This document shows positions 8,529 through 16,688 of a stretch of 24,000 nucleotides of DNA, in pieces. Within the stretch, counting starts at the first letter, position 1. Every line of letters begins with the position of its first letter. The position numbers and the translations under genes were made by a program. The DNA comes from Leptolyngbyaceae cyanobacterium (lineage in GTDB: Bacteria; Cyanobacteriota; Cyanobacteriia; Phormidesmidales; Phormidesmidaceae). The DNA lies in NCBI GenBank assembly GCA_050043105.1, contig JBHJIV010000157.1, positions 1,470 to 25,469 on the forward strand, in the 5' to 3' direction. A model generated the notes under the pieces. It had not been told where the DNA came from and ran no database searches. It worked only from the letters and a program-made list of their open reading frames with translations.

Positions 8529-9092
8529 TTAACCCAGACCACCTGACATAACGGCGTGGCTAACATTGACGGCACCGCGCAAAATAGCATCCAGCTCGTC
8601 AAAGTTTTCTAGCAACATGTAGGCAAAAATGGCTCCCCCTGTGGAGCCTAGCAAAATACCTCCGCTGAGCTGAAACCAGTCTTCTTTTTTACGCATAGGG
8701 CGCAGCGGGTCTCGGGAGTACGAGCCATAAGCCCCCTGGGGGTTACCTTGGAACGTACTCAAAGCAAAAATGGAAATCCCTAGACAGGCGGATACAGTGA
8801 TGTAAATTGCCGTGATTAGGCCACTTAGATTGGCCCCGTGGGCAGTCTCGCGCAGCGGTCCTACCACCACTTCTGGGCCTACCAGGAAATACCCGTGGGC
8901 CATGCCGATCTCTAACCCTCTTAAAAAGGGTGTGAGCCCAGCACGATAGGCTGGAAGATTGTTGATGTAGGCCTTTGCTAATTTAGAGCTATTGATGGGA
9001 GTTGCTAGATTTCCCAGCCAAGGGTTGTTCCGATAGGGCTGAATTGGATCATCCTTGGAATAGGCATCTGACCAAGTGGGTGTGGTTGACAT
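8529..9092 (-). CDS. psaL2: Photosystem I subunit XI (PsaL), far-red paralog
   Basis: 187 aa from the ATG (complement of 9090-9092), preceded by GAGGAGA: MSTTPTWSDAY...NLATPINSS..AKAYINNLPAYRAGLTPFLRGLEIGMAHGYFLVGP, the PsaL signature region. The ORF-track start at 9218 adds a non-homologous leader. Confidence 0.9.
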   Translation of the reverse strand: MSTTPTWSDAYSKDDPIQPYRNNPWLGNLATPINSSKLAKAYINNLPAYRAGLTPFLRGLEIGMAHGYFLVGPEVVVGPLRETAHGANLSGLITAIYITVSACLGISIFALSTFQGNPQGAYGSYSRDPLRPMRKKEDWFQLSGGILLGSTGGAIFAYMLLENFDELDAILRGAVNVSHAVMSGGLG

Positions 9093-9236
9093 TAGTAGTC
9101 TCCTCTGTAGCTTAGCTGGTAACTCTGTCGTCAGTAAGAAAAGTCTTGACCGCTGACCAACGGCCAAGACTCGTGTACGCAAATGAGGAGTTCGCGTAGT
9201 TAAACTCGTGCTGGCCAATAGGGTGGTGTACTCAGA

Positions 9237-11468
9237 TCACGGAAATCGGCTCGCTGTCGACGCAATTAAAAATGCGCCATAGGTAGCAATGTAGCCAACG
9301 GTAAAATGGGTCAGCCCCACTAGCCGGGCCTGTACGATTGATAGGGCAACCGGTTTATCTTTGGGATATCCAAAGGATAACGGTGTATGTTCATGGGCCC
9401 ACAAGAGTGTTTCAATCAGTTCTTGCCAATAGCCCCGCCAGGTAATTAGGAACATAAAGCTCACAGCCCAAGCCAGGTGGCCAAAGAGAAACATCCAGGC
9501 CCAAACGGCCAGATTATTGGTGCCATAGACGTTATATCCATTGATCAGCTGGGATGAATTGAGCCATAGATAGTCACGGAACCAGCCCATCAGATATGTG
9601 GAGCTTTCGTTAAACTGGGCAACATTACCACTCCAAATGGCTAAATGTTTCCAATGCCAGTAAAAGGTGATCCACCCCAGGGTATTGCGCATCCAATACA
9701 TGGCTAAATAGAATGTATCCCAGGCGGAAATATCACAGGTGCCGCCACGGCCTGGCCCATCGCAGGGAAAGCTGTAGCCAAAATCTTTTTTATCTGGCAT
9801 TAGCTTAGAACCACGGGCATCCAATGCGCCTTTGACTAAAATCAAGGTGGTGACATGGAGACCAAGTGCGATCGCATGGTGAACCAAGAAATCGCCAGGA
9901 CCAATGGTGAGAAATAGCGAATTAGTACCGCTGTTAATGGCGTCTAGCCACCCTGGCAACCAGACATCGCCATGGTTAGGCCAGGCGGTGGTGGCAATAC
10001 TATCCGAGTTCGATAGCAGGCTATTGATACCGTATAGGGTTTTGCCGTGAAACGCCTGAATCCACTGGGCAAAAACAGGTTCCACCAGAATCTGTTTTTC
10101 AGGTGCACCAAACGCCACCTCACAGTCGTTGAGCACATAGAGACCCAGGGTATGGAAGCCTAAAAACAGAGAGACCCAGCTCAAGTGAGAGATAATGGCC
10201 TCTTTATGGTTTAGCACCCGAGACAGCACATTATCTTCGTTCGCCTGTGGATCATAGTCACGGATTAAGAAAATAGCACCGTGGGCAAAGGCCCCCACCA
10301 TCAAGAACCCAGCAATATACTGGTGGTGAGTATACAACGCCGACATGGTGGTGTAATCACGCGCCAAAAAGGCATAAGGGGGCATGGAGTACATGTGCTG
10401 AGCGACCAATGAGCACACCACCCCTAAACACGCCAGGTGCCACCCGAGTTGAAAGTGAAGAGAATTGTTGTAGTCATCATAGATGCCCTTATGGCCACGA
10501 CCGGTACGCGGTGCAATAAAGAAACCACTCCATCCAGGCCCTTGGAGAGACTCGGTCATTTCTTTAATGCTGTGACCAATACCAAAGTTGGTGCGATACA
10601 TGTGACCAGCAATGATAAAGATAACGGCAATGGCAAGATGATGATGGGCCATGTCCGTTAGCCACAGAGACTCGGTTTGAGGATGAAAGCCTCCCAAAAA
10701 GGTGAGAATGGCCGTGCCTGCTCCCTGAGCGCTGTTAAATAGGTGGTCTGCGGTATCAGGATTTTGAGCATAAACACCCCAGTTGCCTGTAAAGAATGGC
10801 GTTAGTCCGGCGGGGTGGGGCGGCGATGCCAGCAGGTTGTCCCAGCCGACGTGCCGACCGCGTGATTCAGGGATGGCTACATGAATTAAATGCCCGGCCC
10901 ACGCCAGGGAGCTGACGCCAAACAAACCTGCCAAATGGTGGTTCAGGCGCGATTCAGCATTCTTAAACCAGGCCAGACTTGGACGAAACCGAGGCTGCAG
11001 GTGTAAAAACCCTGCATAGAGCATCACCGCTGCTAGCACCAACAAAAATATTGACCCCACAAACAGGTCGCTGTTGGTGCGCATGCCAATGGTGTACCAC
11101 CAGTGATAAACGCCGGAGTAGCAAATATCGACGGGGTTGTTGGCCCCGGCCTGGGTATAAGCCTCAATCGCAGCTGGTCCAAACTGGGCATCCCAAATAG
11201 CGTGGGCAATGGGTGACGTATTTAAAGGATCTTGAATCCATCTTTCAAAATTGCCCTGCCAGGCCACATGAAACAAAATGCCTGATATCCATAAAAAGAT
11301 AATGGCGAGATGCCCAAAATGGGAGGCGAAAATCCTTTGATAAAGACTTTCCTCCGTCATCCCGTCATGGCTTTCAAAGTCATGGGCCGTGGCGATGGAA
11401 TAAAAGAGTCGACGCGTGGTCGGGTCTCTCTGTAGATCCTGACTAAATTTTGGAAATTTTGTCGCCAT
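9237..11468 (-). CDS. psaB2: Photosystem I P700 apoprotein A2 (PsaB), far-red paralog
   Basis: 743 aa: [23 protein letters not shown]...[18 protein letters not shown] (FX cluster Cys pair). Collinear with PsaB throughout. Confidence 0.95.
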   Translation of the reverse strand: MATKFPKFSQDLQRDPTTRRLFYSIATAHDFESHDGMTEESLYQRIFASHFGHLAIIFLWISGILFHVAWQGNFERWIQDPLNTSPIAHAIWDAQFGPAAIEAYTQAGANNPVDICYSGVYHWWYTIGMRTNSDLFVGSIFLLVLAAVMLYAGFLHLQPRFRPSLAWFKNAESRLNHHLAGLFGVSSLAWAGHLIHVAIPESRGRHVGWDNLLASPPHPAGLTPFFTGNWGVYAQNPDTADHLFNSAQGAGTAILTFLGGFHPQTESLWLTDMAHHHLAIAVIFIIAGHMYRTNFGIGHSIKEMTESLQGPGWSGFFIAPRTGRGHKGIYDDYNNSLHFQLGWHLACLGVVCSLVAQHMYSMPPYAFLARDYTTMSALYTHHQYIAGFLMVGAFAHGAIFLIRDYDPQANEDNVLSRVLNHKEAIISHLSWVSLFLGFHTLGLYVLNDCEVAFGAPEKQILVEPVFAQWIQAFHGKTLYGINSLLSNSDSIATTAWPNHGDVWLPGWLDAINSGTNSLFLTIGPGDFLVHHAIALGLHVTTLILVKGALDARGSKLMPDKKDFGYSFPCDGPGRGGTCDISAWDTFYLAMYWMRNTLGWITFYWHWKHLAIWSGNVAQFNESSTYLMGWFRDYLWLNSSQLINGYNVYGTNNLAVWAWMFLFGHLAWAVSFMFLITWRGYWQELIETLLWAHEHTPLSFGYPKDKPVALSIVQARLVGLTHFTVGYIATYGAFLIASTASRFP

Positions 11469-11531
11469 GGTTCTAAATTGAGCTTTCAGTAACGCATTTG
11501 AGAAAATTAAACAGTGAGAGTTAAACAGCTG

Positions 11532-13877
11532 CTACCCGACAGCAGCCATGCGAGCTAGGAAAAAGGCCCAGGTGGTGACAATCCCCCCTAGAAGATAGTG
11601 GGCAACGCCCACGGCTCTTCCCTGGGTAATGCTTAGGGCCCGAGGTTGAATAGCGGTGGTAATTTTGAGTTTGTTATGGGCCCACACGATAGACTCGATT
11701 AGCTCTTGCCAATAGCCTCGACCACTAAACAAAAACATTAGACTAAAGCCAAAGATAATATGCCCAGCTAAGAACATCACCCCGTAGGCAGACAGCGATG
11801 ACCCATAGGAGTTAATCACCTGAGAAGCCTGTGCCCACAGGAAATCTCGTAGCCAACCGTTGTTGGTAATCGATGATAAAGCAAAGTTACCCCCGGTGAT
11901 GTGGGAAATCGTGCCGTCGGCGTCTATCGTGCCCCAAACATCTGACTGCATTTTCCAAAAGAAGTGGAAAATAACAATCGAAAGAGAGTTATACATCCAA
12001 AATAACCCTAAGAAGACATGATCCCAGGCAGATACCTGACAGGTGCCGCCTCGCCCAGGTCCATCGCAGGGGAAACGGAAGCCTAAATCAGCCTTATCGG
12101 GAACTAAACGAGAGCTACGGGCAAACAACACCCCCTTGAGCAGCACCAGCACAGTTACGTGGATGGTAAAGGCATGAATGTGGTGAATCAGAAAATCAGC
12201 CGTCCCTAACGGTATGGGCATCATGGCAATCTTGCCACCCACGGCGATAATATCTCCTCCAAAGGCATGGCTCACTGGCTCGGTAAGGTTAGGAACTGTG
12301 TTCCCTATTCCCGATAGTTGAATGTTGCGCAAACCCCCAAATACATTTCCTAACGGTTCAGCCACCTGGGAGTTACCCACAGCCATGGTGTGAATATGTT
12401 GAACCCACTGGGCAAAGATTGGCTGCAGCTGAATGCCTGTGTCTGAGAACATATCTTGGGGGCGACCAAAGGCTCGCATGGTGTCGTTGTGACAATACAT
12501 GGCAAAGCTGTGGAACCCTAAAAACTGGCAGACCCAAGCCAGGTGAGAAATAATCACATCTCGGTGACGCAGCACCCGGTCAAGAACATTGTTGACGTTT
12601 TGAGCTGGGTCGTAGTCTCGCACCATATAGATAGCGGCGTGGGCCGCTGCACCCACAATTAGAAAGCCACCAATCCACACATGGTGGGTAAACAGCGATG
12701 TTACGGTGGCATAGTCCGTGGCTAGAAACGGATAGGGCGGCATGGCATACATGTGGTGGGCCACAATAATGCTCAAGGACCCTAGCATGGCCAAATTCAG
12801 CGAGAGCTGTGCATGCCAGGATGTGGTCAATACCTCAAATAGTCCCCTGTGCCCCACAGGCCCAATAAAGCTGAGAAATGACAACATTTTGGGAGTGCCA
12901 GCATCCTCTAGCATGACCTTAATGTCGTGGCCAATGCCCCAGTTGGTGCGGTACATGTGTCCGGCAATGATAAACAGAACTGCGATCGCAATATGGTGAT
13001 GGGCAATATCTGTCATCCATAGCCCCCCTGTGGCTGGGTTTAACCCCCCCCGAAAGGTCAGAAAATCAGCATAAGCGGACCAGTTTAGGGTAAAAAAGGG
13101 CTTAATGCCTTGGGCAAAGCTGGGATACAGCTCTGCCATCAGACTTTTATTGAGAATAAACTCATGGGGAAGCGGAATATCTTGTAATGAGACACCTGCA
13201 TCCAACAGCTTGTTTGTTGGCAGAGCAACATGAATTAAATGTCCCGCCCAGCCTAAGCTACCTAAACCCAGCAGCCCAGCTAAATGATGGTTGAGCATCG
13301 ACTGCACATTCAGAAACCACTCTAGCTTGGGGGCTCGTACATGATAGTGAAACCAGCCTGCAAACAGCATTAGCACTGCCATCACTAGTGCTCCCATGGC
13401 GGTCCAGTAGAGCTGAAACTCGTGGGTAAAGCCCTCACCGCGCCACATCTGAAACAGTCCAGACGTAATTTGAATGCCGCGAAAACCACCGCCGACATCA
13501 GCATTGAGAATATCTTGACCAACAATCGGCCAAACTACCTGAGCGCTGGGTTTTATATTGGTTGGATCACTCATCCAGGCAGAAAAATTGGAAAAGCGAG
13601 CACCGTGAAAATACATGCCACTCAGCCAAACAAAGATGACGGCCAGATGACCAAAATGGGCCGAGAAGATTCTACGGGAGATATCTTCTAAATCAGTCGT
13701 ATGACTATCAAAATCATGGGCATCCGCATGGAGATCCCAAATCCAGGTAGTAGACTTGGGTCCGCGTGTCAGAGACCGCTTGAAATGCCCCGGCTTGGAC
13801 CATGGCTCAAACGATGTAGGCACCGGATTATTATCAACAGCAACCTGCTGCTTCTGATCCGGAGGACTTGTGGTCAT
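11532..13877 (-). CDS. psaA2: Photosystem I P700 apoprotein A1 (PsaA), far-red paralog
   Basis: 781 aa: ...[16 protein letters not shown]...[29 protein letters not shown].... AAGGAG lies 8 nt upstream of the ATG. Collinear with PsaA apart from a longer lumenal loop (see findings). Confidence 0.95.
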   Translation of the reverse strand: MTTSPPDQKQQVAVDNNPVPTSFEPWSKPGHFKRSLTRGPKSTTWIWDLHADAHDFDSHTTDLEDISRRIFSAHFGHLAVIFVWLSGMYFHGARFSNFSAWMSDPTNIKPSAQVVWPIVGQDILNADVGGGFRGIQITSGLFQMWRGEGFTHEFQLYWTAMGALVMAVLMLFAGWFHYHVRAPKLEWFLNVQSMLNHHLAGLLGLGSLGWAGHLIHVALPTNKLLDAGVSLQDIPLPHEFILNKSLMAELYPSFAQGIKPFFTLNWSAYADFLTFRGGLNPATGGLWMTDIAHHHIAIAVLFIIAGHMYRTNWGIGHDIKVMLEDAGTPKMLSFLSFIGPVGHRGLFEVLTTSWHAQLSLNLAMLGSLSIIVAHHMYAMPPYPFLATDYATVTSLFTHHVWIGGFLIVGAAAHAAIYMVRDYDPAQNVNNVLDRVLRHRDVIISHLAWVCQFLGFHSFAMYCHNDTMRAFGRPQDMFSDTGIQLQPIFAQWVQHIHTMAVGNSQVAEPLGNVFGGLRNIQLSGIGNTVPNLTEPVSHAFGGDIIAVGGKIAMMPIPLGTADFLIHHIHAFTIHVTVLVLLKGVLFARSSRLVPDKADLGFRFPCDGPGRGGTCQVSAWDHVFLGLFWMYNSLSIVIFHFFWKMQSDVWGTIDADGTISHITGGNFALSSITNNGWLRDFLWAQASQVINSYGSSLSAYGVMFLAGHIIFGFSLMFLFSGRGYWQELIESIVWAHNKLKITTAIQPRALSITQGRAVGVAHYLLGGIVTTWAFFLARMAAVG

Positions 13878-13908
13878 TGAAACACTCCTTTTGCTATACG
13901 AACTGCGC

Positions 13909-13935
13909 GCGAACTAGCCCAATTGGCTAGTTCGC
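13909..13935 (-). promoter_or_regulatory. Perfect 11-bp stem / 5-nt loop hairpin spanning the chlF stop codon in the chlF-psaA2 spacer
   Basis: gcgaactagcc (13909-13919), loop caatt, ggctagttcgc (13925-13935). The chlF TAG (complement of 13927-13929) lies inside the stem. No U-tract follows on the minus-strand transcript, so it does not look like a classical intrinsic terminator. Confidence 0.35.
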
Positions 13936-15102
13936 CACTCCGGTTGATGTGTCTGCAGCGTTAATAAACTCAGCGTCTTCTCCAAGAAAGATAGGAAATG
14001 TTGTTTTACGGGTATCTTTGACCGCATAAATACCCAAGTTTGCCTGTACGACAACATCAGACCATGTCGGCACAACTGTCTTTTGAAAAGACTGTCCTAG
14101 CGGCAACCGATCAAACCCCAAAGCTGCCATATCTACGCCTATAGCCGCTGACCAAATGCCTGCTACCGGTAAAGCGGCAAGTAAAAAATGGACAGCGCGA
14201 GATGTCTCAAACGTTGCCCCTCGCCATAGTAGTTTCTGTTGATAGGCCTGAGTATGCTCAAAGCTATAGGTGCGATTGCTCTTTTTTGGCCGTTCTGCTA
14301 AAACAGAATGCTGCTCCGAGTGACGCACCAGCGCAGACGTGACCAAAGCCCCATGCAATGAGCAGAGTAACGCCCCACCAAACACGCCGATTACCCCCAG
14401 CTGGTGAAAGGGGTTAGCAAGAATATTATGGTCAGCCTGAAATTCCAGCATAAAGGTAAATGTTCCGGAAATTCCGAGAGGCATACCCGAAGCAAAACCG
14501 CCTTGACCGATAGGGTAGATCAACAACACTGAGACCGCTGCCGCAACTGGGGCTGTAAACGCTAGCGAAATCCAGGGACGCATGCCCAAACGATAGCTCA
14601 GTTCCCATTCTCGATCTTGATAGCTAATGCTACCAATGATAACGTGCAGCACAATTAGCTGATATGGACCCCCGTTAACCAGCCATTCGTCTAAAGAGGC
14701 CGCCTCCCAAATTGGATAAAAATGAAGTCCAATTGCTGCTGATGTCGGCACAACGGCGGCCGTAATCACATTATTACCGTCCAATAGAGCACCGGAAATA
14801 ACTCTCCCTGTACCCTCTATATCAACAGCAGGGGCGGCTATAAACGCCAGTATGAAGACAATGGCGGCCGTAGACAGAGTGGGAAACATAATCATCCCAA
14901 ACCAGCCCACATAGATTCGATTTTCGGTACTGGTCACCCACCGGCAGAAACGCTCCCAGGGAGAAATTGGCGCAGCCGCATCCACGCAAATAGCACGTCT
15001 CGATGGAGGGTCTACATTGGAGTGACCACTACCAGATAGGGTAGGCGACTCCAACTGTTTTAGAGATGATTTAGTAGTAATCACTTTGCTAAGCTGTGTC
15101 AT
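13927..15102 (-). CDS. chlF: Chlorophyll f synthase ChlF (PsbA4, super-rogue D1)
   Basis: 391-aa D1 homolog: [15 protein letters not shown]...[13 protein letters not shown]...[13 protein letters not shown]. It has YQDREWE where D1 has YMGREWE (QD motif; codons at complement of 14614-14619). FASGMPLG replaces FSDGMPLG (D170 lost). There is no HE...H...D.A C-terminal Mn-ligand set, and an N-terminal extension of about 35 aa is present. Confidence 0.9.
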   Translation of the reverse strand: MTQLSKVITTKSSLKQLESPTLSGSGHSNVDPPSRRAICVDAAAPISPWERFCRWVTSTENRIYVGWFGMIMFPTLSTAAIVFILAFIAAPAVDIEGTGRVISGALLDGNNVITAAVVPTSAAIGLHFYPIWEAASLDEWLVNGGPYQLIVLHVIIGSISYQDREWELSYRLGMRPWISLAFTAPVAAAVSVLLIYPIGQGGFASGMPLGISGTFTFMLEFQADHNILANPFHQLGVIGVFGGALLCSLHGALVTSALVRHSEQHSVLAERPKKSNRTYSFEHTQAYQQKLLWRGATFETSRAVHFLLAALPVAGIWSAAIGVDMAALGFDRLPLGQSFQKTVVPTWSDVVVQANLGIYAVKDTRKTTFPIFLGEDAEFINAADTSTGVAN

Positions 15103-15154
15103 CTAAAGCCTTGCAGTAAAGTTGTTATTTGAAGCAGTTTGACGTGACCGGGTT

Positions 15155-15186
15155 TTCTATTTGCTTCCACTGGAAGTCAGATAGAA
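15155..15186. promoter_or_regulatory. Interrupted palindrome 53-84 nt upstream of the chlF start codon (candidate operator or 5'-UTR hairpin)
   Basis: ttctat-ttg-cttcca-c-tggaag-tcag-atagaa. Two 6-bp arms on each side pair perfectly, and the centre has a 3-versus-4-nt mismatch. It lies in the 644-bp chlF/psbV divergent region. Confidence 0.25.
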
Positions 15187-15514
15187 AAATCTCTTGAAGG
15201 CACGAGCCGATTTCGACTCTCACTTCTCGACTAATTAACAAGCGCCTTTCAATCACCGTTCACGAAACCAAAGATAGTTGAATTAACAGTAGGGAAACTA
15301 TAGAAACAAAAGATGGAAAACTAATGAAGATAAAAATCCCCTATAGAAAAAGTTACAGTTTAGATACAGATACGTTATTGGGTACTGTCAAGCGCCTATG
15401 TTCTCTTTAAAGGATTTAGCCTGACTAACGTATAAGAAAAGGGTATGATATCTTCAGGCTGTAGCATACAAAGCCTGAGTCAATCGATTCGATATTGATT
15501 CAAGTAAGTTGCTG

Positions 15515-15562
15515 TGCGAGATTTTTTGAAAAAGTTATCTATGCCAGCATAGAAATCTCGCA
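15515..15562. promoter_or_regulatory. 10-bp perfect inverted repeat with a nested 6-bp palindrome in the chlF/psbV divergent region
   Basis: tgcgagattt (15515-15524) and aaatctcgca (15553-15562), enclosing ctatgc-ca-gcatag. It lies about 185-230 nt upstream of the psbV ATG. Confidence 0.25.
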
Positions 15563-15746
15563 TTAATGTTCTGCATTTGAGGGTCTAGAACTATTAAAAC
15601 CCTGATGAGCCAAGGAGAATTTTCTCCTGACTTAAAAAATCTAAACTAAGATTTTTTGACCGACGCTGTACAGGGTACTTCAAGGATAACGCACTGAGTT
15701 AGTGGGTGTTGAGGCGTTAGCAAAACAATTTTAGGAGAAAATCATA

Positions 15747-16271
15747 ATGCATTTCCATCTCAAAAAAATCTCAATCAAGCCTATCATCTCTACGATTTTT
15801 ACACTGTTGCTCTCGTCCATTTTATGGATAACTGTTGGGGATGACGTGGCCGGAGCGGTTGAAATTAATCAGGCTACTCGTACCGTACCGCTAAATGATG
15901 CAGGCGATCAAGTCACAGTAAGTGTTAAGCAGTTTACTACGGGGCAGCGAAAGTTTAATAGCAACTGTGCCCAGTGCCACTTAGATGGAGGTACCAAAAC
16001 CAATCCTGATGTCGATCTGGGTGCCGAACGGTTGTTACTGGCAACGCCCTCACGCAATAATATTAAGAGCATGATCGAGTATCTAGAAAATCCCACGACC
16101 TATGATGGATTAACGTCCCTAGAAGAGCTACATCCCTCACTCGCTCGTTCTGATCTCTTTCCTAAAATGCGAGAGCTAACGGAGGAGGATTTAATTGCGA
16201 TTTCAAGCTACATACTAATCCAGCCAAAAATTGTCGGTGAGCAGTGGGCTGGTGGTAAACCAAACCGGTAG
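15747..16271 (+). CDS. psbV: Cytochrome c550 (PsbV) paralog, PSII lumenal extrinsic subunit
   Basis: 174 aa with a signal peptide, then TVPLNDAGDQVTVSVKQFTTGQRKFNSNCAQCHLDGGTKTNP...ATPSRNNI..MIEYLENPTTYDG...ELHPSLARSDLFPKMRELTEEDL. It is collinear with canonical PsbV, including the CxxCH heme motif and the distal His in HPSL. AGGAGA lies 9 nt upstream of the ATG. Confidence 0.85.
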   Translation: MHFHLKKISIKPIISTIFTLLLSSILWITVGDDVAGAVEINQATRTVPLNDAGDQVTVSVKQFTTGQRKFNSNCAQCHLDGGTKTNPDVDLGAERLLLATPSRNNIKSMIEYLENPTTYDGLTSLEELHPSLARSDLFPKMRELTEEDLIAISSYILIQPKIVGEQWAGGKPNR

Positions 16272-16322
16272 CTGTAGACAAGCAAAAAGCCAGATTAGAC
16301 TGGCTTTTTGCTTGTCTACAGC
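16271..16322. terminator. Bidirectional intrinsic terminator shared by convergent psbV (+) and psbO-psbF-nblA (-)
   Basis: Perfect 23-bp inverted repeat: gctgtagacaagcaaaaagccag (16271-16293), loop attaga (16294-16299), ctggctttttgcttgtctacagc (16300-16322). The core GCCAG/CTGGC stem is flanked by an A5 tract on one side and a T5 tract on the other, so it reads as a terminator on both strands. It begins at the last base of the psbV stop codon and ends 9 nt from the nblA stop. Confidence 0.8.
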
Positions 16323-16331
16323 TTGAGAGAT

Positions 16332-16499
16332 TTAAGGATTTCTGATTAAATGCTTAACCAAATTCTCTCTCATCATCATTAGCTGCATGATGTCTATGAT
16401 ATATTCTTGAGCTTGAATAACTGTCAGCCCCTTGACCTGCTCTCTTAAAATTTGTATCTCAAACTGTTGCTCTAAGGTCAAATCTCCTGGCATTCCCAT
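16332..16499 (-). CDS. nblA: NblA-family phycobilisome degradation (proteolysis adaptor) protein
   Basis: 55 aa from the ATG (complement of 16497-16499), with GGAGGAG 8 nt upstream: MGMPGDLTLEQQFEIQILREQVKGLTVIQAQEYIIDIMQLMMMRENLVKHLIRNP. It aligns along its whole length with remembered NblA/Ycf18 sequences (LS.EQQF.........QV..........F.......M..EN......R). The 93-aa ORF-track version extends into psbF in another frame and is rejected. Confidence 0.8.
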   Translation of the reverse strand: MGMPGDLTLEQQFEIQILREQVKGLTVIQAQEYIIDIMQLMMMRENLVKHLIRNP

Positions 16500-16531
16500 A
16501 ATAATTGCTCCTCCATCGATTAAATGTGGCC

Positions 16532-16666
16532 TTAGCGCTGAACAAACTGCATCGCTGCGATCGCACCTAAGAAAAATACTGTCGGAATCCCCAGAGCATG
16601 TACTGCCAGCCATCTGATAGTAAAAATAGGATACCGAATCTCCTGGTCACGGTTGATATTAGCCAT
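16532..16666 (-). CDS. psbF: Cytochrome b559 beta subunit (PsbF) paralog; small ORF not in the ORF track
   Basis: Manual base-by-base reverse-complement translation gives [44 protein letters not shown] followed by a stop (44 aa). It is near-identical in pattern to canonical PsbF (..[31 protein letters not shown]), including the heme-ligand His. AAGAGG lies about 9 nt upstream. It starts 22 nt after the psbO stop. Confidence 0.85.
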   Translation of the reverse strand: MANINRDQEIRYPIFTIRWLAVHALGIPTVFFLGAIAAMQFVQR

Positions 16667-16688
16667 CGGAAAAACCTCTTATTTACAA

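Noticed and set aside
9093-9218. Upstream extension of psaL2 (229-aa version)
   Set aside because: The Arg/Thr-rich leader has no PsaL homology. GAGGAGA precedes the ATG at 9092.
9944-11200. Three short ORFs (64, 74 and 73 aa) overlapping psaB2
   Set aside because: They are alternative-frame or antisense overlaps inside a highly conserved gene.
12742-13691. 85-aa and 89-aa plus-strand ORFs
   Set aside because: They are antisense to psaA2.
15239-15397. 9-mer CAAGCGCCT repeated exactly 150 bp apart (15239-15247 and 15389-15397)
   Set aside because: A rough count gives about 0.8 chance repeats of some 9-mer in a 644-bp region, so it is not significant on its own.
15908-16096. 62-aa minus-strand ORF
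   Set aside because: It is antisense to the psbV paralog.
16432-16617. 61-aa plus-strand ORF, plus the N-terminal 38 codons of the 93-aa minus-strand ORF (16500-16613)
   Set aside because: Both overlap the manually recovered psbF and nblA frames, which have strong homology and their own RBSs. The Cys/Ser-rich leader [12 protein letters not shown]... is psbF read out of frame.
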